This document shows, one piece after another, positions 40,408 through 50,363 of a stretch of 64,000 nt of DNA. This stretch comes from Vulcanimicrobiales bacterium. GTDB taxonomy: Bacteria; Vulcanimicrobiota; Vulcanimicrobiia; Vulcanimicrobiales; Vulcanimicrobiaceae. Both the position numbers and the translations under genes were made by a program. Positions within the stretch are counted from its first letter, which is position 1, and every line of letters begins with the position of its first letter. The notes beneath the pieces are model-generated. The model ran no database searches, was not told the DNA's origin, and worked only from the letters and a program-made list of their open reading frames with translations. The stretch spans positions 128,001 through 192,000 of the forward strand of contig JBBRLI010000002.1 in assembly GCA_038231455.1 (NCBI GenBank), in the 5' to 3' direction.

Positions 40408-43400
40408 ATGATGCTATTTTCCGGACGCCGTCGTCTCACGATCGCGTACGTCGCGGGCGCCGTAGTCGTGCTCGCCTTCATCATCGTCTATATCGCACGC
40501 GCTTCGATCCTGCAGAACCTGGTGCAGTCAGGCGCGGGCGCGGCGACCGGTTACAACATCTCGTTTCGCACCTTCGCGGTCTCCGGATCGCATGCAGAGA
40601 TGCACGGCGCGTCGGTACGTACGCGCAGCGGCGAGCCGTTCCTGACCGCAGGTCACGTCGCGGTCGATTTCAACCTCGGCGACTTTCTCACAGGCACGCG
40701 GCAGTACGGACTGCGAACGCTCCTGGTCGAGAACCCGCACATCACGATCGTGCGGCACCGTGATGGGACGTACAACGTTGCCTTACCGCGTGCGGCCGCC
40801 AATACGACGAAGGCAACACGGGCGCCCGCTCCGTTCGATGCGAGCATCTCCGTACGAAACGGCTCGGTCGAGTTGATCGACGATGCCGCCATCTATCGCG
40901 GCTCGCAGCATCAGACGGTGGTCGACTTGAATGCCGAAGCGCAATTGCACAGCAATGCACGGTCCTCGTACACGATTGGATTTGCGTTCGCCGGATCCGG
41001 CGGCCGTTTCCCGGTGCACGGCGCGGCGATCCTCGACGACTTGCGCGGTACCGAATCGCATCACTGGACGGCCAAGGTCGTGCCGATCGGGCCGCTCGTC
41101 GATTACGCCGTCAATTCGACGGCCGTCCACTTGAGTGCCGGATTGCTGCGCGATGTCGATCTGCGATACTTCGGCTTACTCAATCGACACGGCGAAATCG
41201 ACCGTCATATCGGCGCGCGCGCGAGACTCGACGGCGCGCAGATTTACGTCGCCGCGCTGCGGCGTCCGCTACGCGATGTGCACGGGCCGGTGCGGGTATA
41301 CGACGATGGCTTGATGACGCCGCGGGCCGATGCGATCCTCGCCGGCATCCCGGTCCGAATCGCCGGCGGTCTCTATGATTTCGCGCATCCAAGTTTTCGG
41401 CTGGGAATCGTCGGAAGTGGTCCGCTCGAATCGCTCGTCACACTCGGCCCGCCCTCACCGTACGTGCACCGTCTTGCCGGTCCGCTCGATTTTGCCGTGC
41501 GGCTCGAAAGCGCCGTGGGGCATCCGGTCGTGTTCGGTCATTTCAGTGGGGCTCACGTTAGCTATAACGGGTTCCCCGCCCGCGACGTCCACGGCTTGGT
41601 GAGCATCGACGGAACGGAACTTGACATCATCAACGCGGGTGGCAACTACGCCGGAATCGGAATCGAGACGCAAGCTCTTATCGCGCTGGAACGACATCTC
41701 GGGATTCGCGCCGTCGTCCGGGCGGATGCCCCCGCGCACACGCTCCCGTATGTCGATTCGCTCGTGCCCGGTATGCCGGTCGGCGCGATCGGTGTCGTCG
41801 CGGGCATCGATACGTCGCTTGCAGCGCACGGAATTCTCGCCGGTGCGAATGCAGGCGACACGCTCGAGTCGCCGATTGCGATCGATCAAAGCGGCAACGG
41901 ACTCATCGGTCCGCTTGCGATTACGCACCGCGATGGATCGTCGCTCTACGCGCGCGCCTCACTGAGTCAACACCCGAATTCGCTTACCGCGATCGTCGAT
42001 GCGCGCGGCTTCCGCCTCTCGCCCTCGAGCGTGAACACGCTACCGGGGATCCAATTTCCGGCAATTCCGGCGATCGACGGCACGATCGATGGCGTCATCG
42101 GTGTCGCGACGAATCAAGGCGCCGTCGCCCTCGGCGGTATCGCGACGCTCACGGGTGCGCACGTTCAGGGAATCGCGATCGATCGCGCGGGCGGCCGCTT
42201 TGACGGATCGGCAAACGACGTGCAGGTCGGCGCGCTCGACGCACGCGGGCCGTGGGGTTCGTTCTCCGGCACCGGCGGATCGAACGGCACGCGTACGGCA
42301 CTCGACGGCCGGTTTCGCGGTTCGCTCGGCGCGCTGGCGTCGGTTGGCGTGCACGTTCCCGCTACGGGAGACGTCGACGCGCCGGTTTCGATCTTCATCG
42401 ATGGCGCGACGACCGTCGTGCAGACGCAGGACGCGCGTTTTTCGCGTGCGTCGCTGGGCGGCATCGCCGTCGACCATCTCGATGCAACCGTTGGACTCCA
42501 CGGCACGCAGGTCGCCGTTTATTCTGCGAGTAGTTCGGTTGGCGGTGGGCAGGTCGTTGCCTCGGGTCGACTCGGCGACGGCGGAACGATTGGTATTGCA
42601 ACGAGTGCGATTCACAATCCAAACGACCCGCGTATTCCCGTGACGAGCGGTACGGTGCAGCTCCTCGGGACGCTCGCGGGCACGCTGAACGCGCCGCGCG
42701 CCGACGCATCGGCGATCGTTAGTAACGGGCGCGTCGCCGGCGATATTCCGGTGGGCGGCGACTTTGCACTCGCCTACGCCCGCGACCGGCTTGGGCTCGA
42801 CGGTTCGCTGCTTCGCTTCGGCGATGCATACGCAACGCTCGATGGCTCGATTGCGGGCGTGACCGGCGCAAGACCGAGTTACGATCTCCAGTCTCGCGTA
42901 CGCGTCGCCGACTTTGGCGATCTCGCTTCGGTTCTCGACATACCGCTCCCGTATCTCGTCGGCAGCTTTGATGCGAATCTCGGTATTCACGGCGCCGGAA
43001 CGACACCGCAAGTCATCGGAGACGTCGCGATCCCCGAAGGCTCGGTGAACGGCCTTGCCTTTAAAGCGGGATTCGTGCGTTTGAATGCCGATGCGTTCGC
43101 AACCCGCGCGAGCGGCGGCAACATAACGGTCGGCACGACACACCTCGCCTTCGACGGAAGCTATGCGCGCGGTGCGACGCGCGCCAGCGTCCGCACCGAC
43201 CGCGCGGATCTGGCGGATTTTAACGATTACTTCGACATCGCCGATACGCTGGCGGGAACGGGTCCGATCGCATTCGATCTGCTCTCCGCAGGTGACACGC
43301 TGCAGACGCGTGGCAACGCAGCGATCGCTGCGGCACGTTTTCGACGCTTTACGCTCGGCGATGCGCGAGCGCGATGGTCGATGCGCGGTCGCTCGATCCT

Positions 43401-45510
43401 CGCAGATGCGGCAATTACCGGGACCTCCGGATCGTTCGGATTGACCGGCTCGATTTTGCCGGCGGCGCACGCGCCGCTGATCGATCCGATCAAACGCTCG
43501 ACGCTCGACCTCAACGCCCGCGTTTCCGCCGTCGATCTGGCGACGTGGCTACCGGCGTTCGGCGTGCATACGCTGCTCATCGGGCACGTCGATGCAAGCG
43601 CGCATGTCGTCGGCCGCTATCCGCGGCTGTCGCTTGGTGCAAACGCAGCGCTCACCGGTGGCGGATACGATCGTATCCCGATCCAGCAGTTCACGATCGC
43701 GGCAACGGCGCAAAATGGGCGCGCGACGATTACCGACGCCCACCTCGTCGCGCCCGCGCTCGACGTTCGCGCCAAAGGCAGCCTTGGTTTTCTTCCGACC
43801 GACCGCATTGCGCTTGACGTTTCTCTTACCTCGCCCGATGTCGGTTCGTTTTATACAACGGCGACGGGAATGGCCTCACCGGTGAGCGGATCGTTCTCGA
43901 CGCTCGCGACGATCGGCGGTTCGTTTCGCGTGCCGGTCGCATCTGCGGTTCTCGATGCGAATGCCGTCAAGGTGGCAAACGTTGCGATTCCGCACGCGCG
44001 GGCCGACATCACGTACGCGCGACAATCGTTCGTGCTGCATGCAAGTGAGATCGATTTTCTCTCCGGCAAGATTCTCGCCGAGGGGAACGTGCCGCTGACG
44101 CTCGCTGGGATCAGCGCGACGGCGCCCATTGCGGCAACCATCACGACCGTCGGGCTGGATCTTGCCAACTTCGCGCCGCTCGTGCCTTCCGGAACGCGCG
44201 TCGCCGGGATTCTCGATAGCCGGATCGTCGCCTCGGGATCGGCGACAGCGCCGCAACTTCTCGGTAGCGTCGCACTTCATAATGGCCGCTATCGCTCCGA
44301 CTTCGAACGAGCCGAACTAACGAACATCGCGGCGCACGTCGCGCTTTCCGGTACGCAGGCAACGCTGAGCGACTTCCATACAGATATCGGCGGCGGCGCA
44401 ATCGATGCAACCGGAAATGCGCGCGTCGTCGATCTACGCAATCCGATTCGAACGCTAGCCTACACAGCAAGCGCGCACGCAAATCGGGCCGGGCTCGATT
44501 TCCCGGCATATTTTCGCGGGAAGATGGACGGAACGGTCGCCGTCGCTCGTGCATCCGGGGCGCGACCGCTGGTCAGCGGGGACGTAGCGTTCACCAACAC
44601 GCGAATTCCGCTTACGGCAATTTATAATCCGAACGCGGTGCCCGCAGCGACGCCGGTGGCGCTGCCCGATGTTGCATTCGATTTGGGCATCCTCGCCGGT
44701 GAAGATGATCGCGTCCAAAGCGGAGCCGTCGATGTTGGTGCGACTGGAGCCGCGCGCTTGGGTGGGACGCTTGCTGCCCCAACGCTCGATGGACGATTCG
44801 AATCAACGGGCGGCACGCTCAGTTTCTACCGGCAATTCGTCTTGGAGCGCGGCGCGGTTCGTTTCACGCCGGATGCCGGCATTATTCCAAACGTGTACGC
44901 CGTCGCAACGACGCACGTGCCCGATCCCTCAACCGATATCAGTTTGACGTTAACGGGTCCGGCGACGAGTTTGAATTTAGCGTTCGATTCGACGCCCGGG
45001 TATAGTAAAGCGCAGATTTTGGGCCTGCTCGTCAACGCACAGGCGCTCGGGGCGATCGGTGGCCTCGCGCAATCCGGCTCGAACAGCAACCTGCCTTCGC
45101 CGATTGCGGATGCGGCCTTCGGCTACGTCGAACAACAGCTCTCGCGTTCGTTCCTGACCCCGCTCGGTAGCGGTCTTGGCAAAGCGCTTGGGTTTTCGAA
45201 CCTCAACCTCGGGTACGGCTTGACCGGCGGCTTCACCGCAAACGCATCGCGTCGCATCGGAAAAAATCTCGAAGTCGTCGTGGGCGAGTCGCTCGGCTAC
45301 CCGCAGCGCGAGTCCTTCGGCGTGCGCAGTACGTTCGGAAAGAGTACTTCCGCGCAGCTGACGTTCTTCTCATCGCAAGGGAACGCGACGTTCGGGTCGT
45401 TTTCGCAGAGTTATCTGCAATCGATCAATACCGATCAGACCATCCGCGCCATCGAGCCGCCGACAAGCGGCTCGGGCTTCGTGTTCACGCTCCAAAAGCG
45501 GTTTAAGTAG
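40408..45510 (+). CDS. TamB/AsmA-like envelope protein
   Basis: 1700 aa with an N-terminal TM anchor, long Gly/beta-rich repeats (GTLNAPR, GSATAPQ, GTLAAPTLDG) and a TamB-like C-terminus (STPGYSKAQILGLL). Confidence 0.82.
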   Translation: MMLFSGRRRLTIAYVAGAVVVLAFIIVYIARASILQNLVQSGAGAATGYNISFRTFAVSGSHAEMHGASVRTRSGEPFLTAGHVAVDFNLGDFLTGTRQYGLRTLLVENPHITIVRHRDGTYNVALPRAAANTTKATRAPAPFDASISVRNGSVELIDDAAIYRGSQHQTVVDLNAEAQLHSNARSSYTIGFAFAGSGGRFPVHGAAILDDLRGTESHHWTAKVVPIGPLVDYAVNSTAVHLSAGLLRDVDLRYFGLLNRHGEIDRHIGARARLDGAQIYVAALRRPLRDVHGPVRVYDDGLMTPRADAILAGIPVRIAGGLYDFAHPSFRLGIVGSGPLESLVTLGPPSPYVHRLAGPLDFAVRLESAVGHPVVFGHFSGAHVSYNGFPARDVHGLVSIDGTELDIINAGGNYAGIGIETQALIALERHLGIRAVVRADAPAHTLPYVDSLVPGMPVGAIGVVAGIDTSLAAHGILAGANAGDTLESPIAIDQSGNGLIGPLAITHRDGSSLYARASLSQHPNSLTAIVDARGFRLSPSSVNTLPGIQFPAIPAIDGTIDGVIGVATNQGAVALGGIATLTGAHVQGIAIDRAGGRFDGSANDVQVGALDARGPWGSFSGTGGSNGTRTALDGRFRGSLGALASVGVHVPATGDVDAPVSIFIDGATTVVQTQDARFSRASLGGIAVDHLDATVGLHGTQVAVYSASSSVGGGQVVASGRLGDGGTIGIATSAIHNPNDPRIPVTSGTVQLLGTLAGTLNAPRADASAIVSNGRVAGDIPVGGDFALAYARDRLGLDGSLLRFGDAYATLDGSIAGVTGARPSYDLQSRVRVADFGDLASVLDIPLPYLVGSFDANLGIHGAGTTPQVIGDVAIPEGSVNGLAFKAGFVRLNADAFATRASGGNITVGTTHLAFDGSYARGATRASVRTDRADLADFNDYFDIADTLAGTGPIAFDLLSAGDTLQTRGNAAIAAARFRRFTLGDARARWSMRGRSILADAAITGTSGSFGLTGSILPAAHAPLIDPIKRSTLDLNARVSAVDLATWLPAFGVHTLLIGHVDASAHVVGRYPRLSLGANAALTGGGYDRIPIQQFTIAATAQNGRATITDAHLVAPALDVRAKGSLGFLPTDRIALDVSLTSPDVGSFYTTATGMASPVSGSFSTLATIGGSFRVPVASAVLDANAVKVANVAIPHARADITYARQSFVLHASEIDFLSGKILAEGNVPLTLAGISATAPIAATITTVGLDLANFAPLVPSGTRVAGILDSRIVASGSATAPQLLGSVALHNGRYRSDFERAELTNIAAHVALSGTQATLSDFHTDIGGGAIDATGNARVVDLRNPIRTLAYTASAHANRAGLDFPAYFRGKMDGTVAVARASGARPLVSGDVAFTNTRIPLTAIYNPNAVPAATPVALPDVAFDLGILAGEDDRVQSGAVDVGATGAARLGGTLAAPTLDGRFESTGGTLSFYRQFVLERGAVRFTPDAGIIPNVYAVATTHVPDPSTDISLTLTGPATSLNLAFDSTPGYSKAQILGLLVNAQALGAIGGLAQSGSNSNLPSPIADAAFGYVEQQLSRSFLTPLGSGLGKALGFSNLNLGYGLTGGFTANASRRIGKNLEVVVGESLGYPQRESFGVRSTFGKSTSAQLTFFSSQGNATFGSFSQSYLQSINTDQTIRAIEPPTSGSGFVFTLQKRFK

Positions 45511-45553
45511 CAAACGATAGGAACCGCGGACCCGCATGCGAAGTTGGGCCAAA

Positions 45554-46012
45554 ATGCTTAAGTCCTTAAGTGATACTCCGGTCTCGTTCGGTCATCTCGT
45601 GCGGACGCTCGCCCGGCACGTCGACCGTGCGATGGCGCTGCGGGTGGCGGAGTTCGGATTGACGATCGCTGAGTATTACGTCTTGCGCGAACTCTACATC
45701 GATGATGGGCTTACCCAGCGTGCGCTTAGCGCGCGGCTGAACCTCACGGAGCCCGCAATGCTCCTCACCGTCCGCGGAATGTCCGAGAAGAAGCTCGTCC
45801 GTCGCGCTCGCGATGCAGACGATCGCCGAAAGATCAACGTTTTTCTTGCCGCGGGCGGGAAGCGGCTTCGGAGGCCGTTGCACGATCACGCGCTTGCGGT
45901 AAACGCCGTGGCACGGACGGGGCTTAGCGACGCCCAAATCGTGCGTTTTCGTTCCACGCTCGATCGTATGGCGAGCAACTTTCGCACATCTGGAGGGACA
46001 TCACTTGGCTAA
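45554..46012 (+). CDS. MarR family transcriptional regulator (start 45554 or 45536)
   Basis: GLTIAEYYVLREL, GLTQRALS, LVRR..D..DRR motif. Confidence 0.92.
   Translation: MLKSLSDTPVSFGHLVRTLARHVDRAMALRVAEFGLTIAEYYVLRELYIDDGLTQRALSARLNLTEPAMLLTVRGMSEKKLVRRARDADDRRKINVFLAAGGKRLRRPLHDHALAVNAVARTGLSDAQIVRFRSTLDRMASNFRTSGGTSLG
45557..45570. promoter_or_regulatory. Candidate MarR operator CTTAAG-N2-CTTAAG
   Basis: AT-rich dyad directly at the MarR start in otherwise GC-rich DNA. Confidence 0.45.
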
Positions 46013-46961
46013 TCAACTCTCGCGCGCCGCCTTCGTGGCGCTCGCAGCCGCAGCCGGCCTTGCACCGAATGCGGCGTTCGCCGCGAGCCTCAGCCTCAAA
46101 GCCGGATCCGCTCGCGACGACGATGCGACACCGTATCTGTACGCGATGCAGAGCGGACTCTTCAAGAAAAACGGCATCGACGCCGCGCTGACCGGCATGA
46201 ACAGCGGCTCGGCGGTCTCAACAGCGGTCGTGGGCGGTTCGTTCGATATCGGCAAGTCGAGTCTCATGGGCCTTATCGCCGCGCATGCGCGCAGGATTCC
46301 GTTCATCCTGATCGCGCCGGCAGGCGAGTATTTCTCGAGCGCACCCGTCAGTGGCATGCTCGTCAAAGTCGACGGTCCGATTAAAAAGGCCGCCGACCTG
46401 AGCGGGAAAGTCATCGCCGTCTCGGCGCTCAACGATCTCTACACGATCACGACGCGCGCGTGGATCGATTCGCACGGCGGCGATTCGACGACCGTGAAGT
46501 TTGTCGAACTGCCGATCAGCGCCGTGCCCGCGGCGATCGAGCAAGGCCGAATCGATGCCGGCAACGTGCTCGAACCCGAACTCGAAGTCGCGATCGAGTC
46601 GAAGACCGTGCGCGTGCTCTCGCACCCTTTCGATGCAATCGCGACGAATTTCACCTTCAGCGGCTGGTTCACAACGAAAGAATTTGCCGAAAAGAATCGC
46701 GATACGGTCGAGCGCTTCGTTCGTTCGCTTCGCGAGGCCGCTAACTACACGAACGCGCATCACGATCTGACCGTCGATGCGCTCGCGCAGTTTACGAAAG
46801 TCGATGCAGCGGTGATCAAGAAGTCGTCGCGCGCGACGGCCGGCGTGGACATCGAACTGAAGAAGATTCAGCCTCTCATCGATACCGCAGCGAAGTACAA
46901 GGTGATCCCGGAGCCGTTCGACGCGCGCGATCTCGTCGACCCAGCGGTGTTGCACCTCTAA
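46005..46961 (+). CDS. NitT/TauT (SsuA/THI5-like) ABC substrate-binding protein
   Basis: Tat-like leader (LSRAAFVALAAAAG), GLFKKNGID, DLSGKVIAV, GRIDA. Confidence 0.88.
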   Translation: MANQLSRAAFVALAAAAGLAPNAAFAASLSLKAGSARDDDATPYLYAMQSGLFKKNGIDAALTGMNSGSAVSTAVVGGSFDIGKSSLMGLIAAHARRIPFILIAPAGEYFSSAPVSGMLVKVDGPIKKAADLSGKVIAVSALNDLYTITTRAWIDSHGGDSTTVKFVELPISAVPAAIEQGRIDAGNVLEPELEVAIESKTVRVLSHPFDAIATNFTFSGWFTTKEFAEKNRDTVERFVRSLREAANYTNAHHDLTVDALAQFTKVDAAVIKKSSRATAGVDIELKKIQPLIDTAAKYKVIPEPFDARDLVDPAVLHL

Positions 46962-46962
46962 G

Positions 46963-48132
46963 ATGCTTGCACTGGGCGTGATCGGGCTCGGACGTGCGGC
47001 ATCCTCGATGCTGCCGAGCCTGCGCGCGCACCCCGATGTGCGGATCGTTGCGGCTGCCGATCCGAATCCCGCCGCGCGCGACCGCTTCCTTGCCGACTTC
47101 GGCGGCGAGGTGTACGGAAGTGGCGCCGAACTGTGTGCGCAGCCGCAGATCGATGCGGTCTATATCGCAACGCCGCACGCGTGTCATGCGGAGGACGTCC
47201 GCACGGCGGCGGCTCACGGAAAACATGCCATCGTCGAGAAGCCGATGGCACTGACCGCGTCGGAATGCCGGGGAATGATTGCTGCCGCGCGTGCTGCGGG
47301 TATTGTCCTAGTCATCGGACACACGCATGGCTTCGATCCCGCGATCCTCGCGATGCGTGCGCTCGTGGCAGGCGGCACGTACGGCCGCTTGCGGATGATC
47401 ACGAGCCTTGTATACACGGACTTTCTCTATCGACCGCGCCGACCCGAAGAACTCGACACGTCGCTTGGCGGCGGGATCATGTACAACCAGGTCCCGCATC
47501 AGATCGACCTCGTGCGGACGCTTGCGGGCACGCCGCTGCGCAGCGTCAAGGCGATCAGCGGCGTGTGGGATCCTAAACGCAGGACCGAGGGTGCACTTGC
47601 GGCGCTTCTCGAGTTCGAAGACGGCGTCGCCGCGACGCTTACGTATTCGGGATACGACCGGTTTGATAGCGACGAATTCCAATTTTGGATCGCCGAATCA
47701 GGCGCGGAAAAGAAGCCGAACCATGGAGCCGCGCGACACGCACTCGGCGAACGTTCGCCAAGCGACGAAGCCGCGCTCAAAGCGCAGAGCGGCTATAGTG
47801 GCAGCGGAATACGCGCTACGGCCGGGCCTGCGCATCAGCCGCATTTCGGGATGCTACTTGTTAGCTGTGAAGACGCGGATTTTCGCATCGCCCCCGATGG
47901 TGTACTGGTGTACGATCGTGAGGGCGTGCGTGAGATCGCCTTGCCCCAGTCGCGTGCGTTTCCCAACAAAGATAGCGTGATTGACGAATTCTACGATGCG
48001 GTCGTGCGGGGCGTCCCCGCCATCCACGACGGACCTTGGGGGATGGCGACCGTTGAAGCGTCGCTTGCACTCATGCAGTCTTCTGCAGAACGTCGAGAGA
48101 TTTTTCTGGGGGTGCCGCGTGCCGTCTCTTGA
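46963..48132 (+). CDS. Gfo/Idh/MocA oxidoreductase, phthalate 4,5-cis-dihydrodiol dehydrogenase-like
   Basis: GVIGLGRA, YIATPH, EKPMAL, YTDFLYRPRRPEELDT..GGG...NQ.PHQID, as recalled for Pht4/OphB-type enzymes; next to a Rieske oxygenase. Confidence 0.85.
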   Translation: MLALGVIGLGRAASSMLPSLRAHPDVRIVAAADPNPAARDRFLADFGGEVYGSGAELCAQPQIDAVYIATPHACHAEDVRTAAAHGKHAIVEKPMALTASECRGMIAAARAAGIVLVIGHTHGFDPAILAMRALVAGGTYGRLRMITSLVYTDFLYRPRRPEELDTSLGGGIMYNQVPHQIDLVRTLAGTPLRSVKAISGVWDPKRRTEGALAALLEFEDGVAATLTYSGYDRFDSDEFQFWIAESGAEKKPNHGAARHALGERSPSDEAALKAQSGYSGSGIRATAGPAHQPHFGMLLVSCEDADFRIAPDGVLVYDREGVREIALPQSRAFPNKDSVIDEFYDAVVRGVPAIHDGPWGMATVEASLALMQSSAERREIFLGVPRAVS

Positions 48133-48352
48133 GATAGCCTCCCTTGCCGCGTTGCTCGATGACGTGCGGCCGCTCGTCGTCGCGGCGCGCGAACGCGGCG
48201 ACCACCCGCGCTATTTGATGCTCGACGGCCCGGCGTACGATGCCGTCGCGCAGGTGAAAGACGGCGATCGGGAACGCGGTCTGCCGATGATCGTTTTGGG
48301 CCTTGAGATCGTCCGTTCCGACGATCCCGCTGCTCGCCCGCGCGTCTTTTAA
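48119..48352 (+). CDS. Small hypothetical protein (77 aa)
   Basis: GTG at 48119 after a G-run, overlapping the dehydrogenase end; fills the gap before the Rieske gene with host-like codons. Confidence 0.6.
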   Translation: MPSLEIASLAALLDDVRPLVVAARERGDHPRYLMLDGPAYDAVAQVKDGDRERGLPMIVLGLEIVRSDDPAARPRVF

Positions 48353-48382
48353 TCCGCACCGATCGAACGAGGTTCTCTGCCG

Positions 48383-49645
48383 ATGCTCTCACGCGAAGAA
48401 AACCAGCTGCTCACCACCGTCGACTCCGGAACGCCGATGGGCGTCGCGCTACGACGCTACTGGTTCCCCGCGCTTCTCAGTGAAGAACTGGTCGAGAACG
48501 ACGGCACACCGGTGCCGGTGCGAATGCTCGGCGAGGATTTGGTCGCGTGGCGCGATAGCAAGGGCCGCATCGGTCTCATGGACGAGCGCTGCCCGCACCG
48601 ACTCGCCTCGATGACGCTCGGTCGAAATGAGGACTGTGCACTGACGTGCATCTACCACGGTTGGAAATTCGATGTGAACGGTGCATGTCTTGAGATGCCG
48701 ACCGAACCGCCCGACTACAATTTCAAGAATCGCATCCGCATGAACGCCTATCCGACGCACGAAGCGGGCGGCATCATTTGGACCTACCTGGGTCCGCCCG
48801 ACCAGCAACCCACCTTCCCGGCCTACAAATTCACCTCGATGGCAAGCGATCGCGTGGGCGTCGTGAAGATCGGGATCCGGGCGAACTACTTGCAAACGGT
48901 CGAAGGCGCGATCGACTCCGCGCATTCGTGGTTCCTCCATCGCGGTAGTTCGCGCGATTGGGAGAAGCGGCTTTCAATCTCCGAGGATCAGTCGCCCAAA
49001 CTCGAGGCGGAAGATACCGCCTACGGGTTCCGGTATGCCGCAATCCGCAAACCCATCGATAATCCGGAGACGACGAAGTACGTCCGCGTAACGCTTTTTG
49101 CCGCGCCCTCGACGGCGTTCATCCCGCCGCCGCTCAACCCGAATCTGCCCGTGCACACGCAGATCTTCGTGCCGATGGATTCCGAGACCACGATGCTCTT
49201 CGATGTTTTCTACGCGCAGAACGATACGCCGGTCGATCAGGCGGACTTGCGCCGCAGCCTGAACGCGCAGGCCGGCATCGATTTGGACGAACGTGGATTT
49301 CGATTTGCCAGACGCGAGAATCGCTGGAATCAGGATCGCGCGGCGATGAAAGACGGCAGTTGGACCGGCATCCGCGGCTTTCAAAATCAAGATATCGCGG
49401 CGCAAGAATCGATGGGTCGCATCGTCGACCGCAGCCAGGAGCATCTTGGCACCTCGGACGTTGCGGTGATCCGCATGCGTCGCCGGTTACTGGAGACGCT
49501 GCGACGCTCGCAGGCGGGAGAACCGCTCGTCGGACTTGAGCATCGGGTCGCATACGAGCGGATGGCAAGCGAACAGCGCGTCATAGCGATCGACGAACCA
49601 TGGCAGCACGTCGGCGCGCATGCCGGCGAGGTTTCGGCCGTATGA
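48383..49645 (+). CDS. Rieske aromatic ring-hydroxylating oxygenase, phthalate 4,5-dioxygenase-like (alpha-only type)
   Basis: N-terminus MLSREENQLLT...GTPMG..LRRYW, Rieske CPHR...CIYHGW, iron site EGAIDSAHSWFLH, QDIAAQESMG.IVDRS.EHLG.SD. Confidence 0.9.
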   Translation: MLSREENQLLTTVDSGTPMGVALRRYWFPALLSEELVENDGTPVPVRMLGEDLVAWRDSKGRIGLMDERCPHRLASMTLGRNEDCALTCIYHGWKFDVNGACLEMPTEPPDYNFKNRIRMNAYPTHEAGGIIWTYLGPPDQQPTFPAYKFTSMASDRVGVVKIGIRANYLQTVEGAIDSAHSWFLHRGSSRDWEKRLSISEDQSPKLEAEDTAYGFRYAAIRKPIDNPETTKYVRVTLFAAPSTAFIPPPLNPNLPVHTQIFVPMDSETTMLFDVFYAQNDTPVDQADLRRSLNAQAGIDLDERGFRFARRENRWNQDRAAMKDGSWTGIRGFQNQDIAAQESMGRIVDRSQEHLGTSDVAVIRMRRRLLETLRRSQAGEPLVGLEHRVAYERMASEQRVIAIDEPWQHVGAHAGEVSAV

Positions 49646-50352
49646 TCGCCGCTCCATCGCAAGCCCTCCTCGACGATCTCGTTACCGGCAATCGCATTCT
49701 CTTCAACGAGAAGATCGTCGATGGATTCGGACATATCAGCGCGCGCAGCGATACGGACCCCTCAACGTTCGTTATGTCCCGCTACGTCGCACCGGGCCTC
49801 GTCGAACTCGCCGACTTGCGTTCGTTCGATTTGGAGAGCAACCCGCTGGATGACGACGGCGCGCGACACTATAGCGAACGTTTTATCCACGGCGCGATCT
49901 ACGCAGCACGTCCCGACGTGCAGTCGGTCGTGCACTGCCACGCTGCGCAACTCTTGCCATTCGGTGTCAGCCGTGATACGACGCTTAAGCCGGTCTATCA
50001 CATGTGCGGATTTCTCGGTAGCGGCGTGCGCGTGTTTGAGATTCGCGACACCGCCGGGATGACAGATATGCTCATCCGCACGCCGCTGCTGGGCACCGCC
50101 CTGGCCGCCGAACTCGGTGCGGATCCGATGATTTTGATGCGCGGGCACGGCGCGACGATGGTCGGCAATTCGATCAAACAGGCGGTGTACCGCGCGATTT
50201 ACGCAGCGCAAAACGCCGCCGTTCAGCTCGACGCGATGCGACTCGGTGCGGTCACCTACCTGAGCGAAGAAGAAGCAGCGCTCTTTGAAGCGCACGCAAA
50301 CCTCATCTACGAACGTCCGTGGGAACTTTGGAAGCGCGAAGCGCTCGCGTAG
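49642..50352 (+). CDS. Class II aldolase/adducin-fold protein, putative aromatic carboxylate decarboxylase
   Basis: DGFGHISAR, YSERFIHGAIY.ARPDV.SVVHCH, LMRGHG; ATGA overlap with the Rieske gene. Confidence 0.85.
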   Translation: MIAAPSQALLDDLVTGNRILFNEKIVDGFGHISARSDTDPSTFVMSRYVAPGLVELADLRSFDLESNPLDDDGARHYSERFIHGAIYAARPDVQSVVHCHAAQLLPFGVSRDTTLKPVYHMCGFLGSGVRVFEIRDTAGMTDMLIRTPLLGTALAAELGADPMILMRGHGATMVGNSIKQAVYRAIYAAQNAAVQLDAMRLGAVTYLSEEEAALFEAHANLIYERPWELWKREALA

Positions 50353-50363
50353 CCCTCGCTCTT

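Noticed and set aside
42040-43470. 476-aa minus-strand ORF inside the TamB-like gene
   Set aside because: Arg-rich antisense shadow with no recognisable domain.
46005-46961. Binding protein as the missing OphC/Pht5-type decarboxylase, which I recall sharing a related fold
   Set aside because: It has an export-type leader and ordinary NitT/TauT binding-protein features, so a cytoplasmic enzyme role is unlikely.
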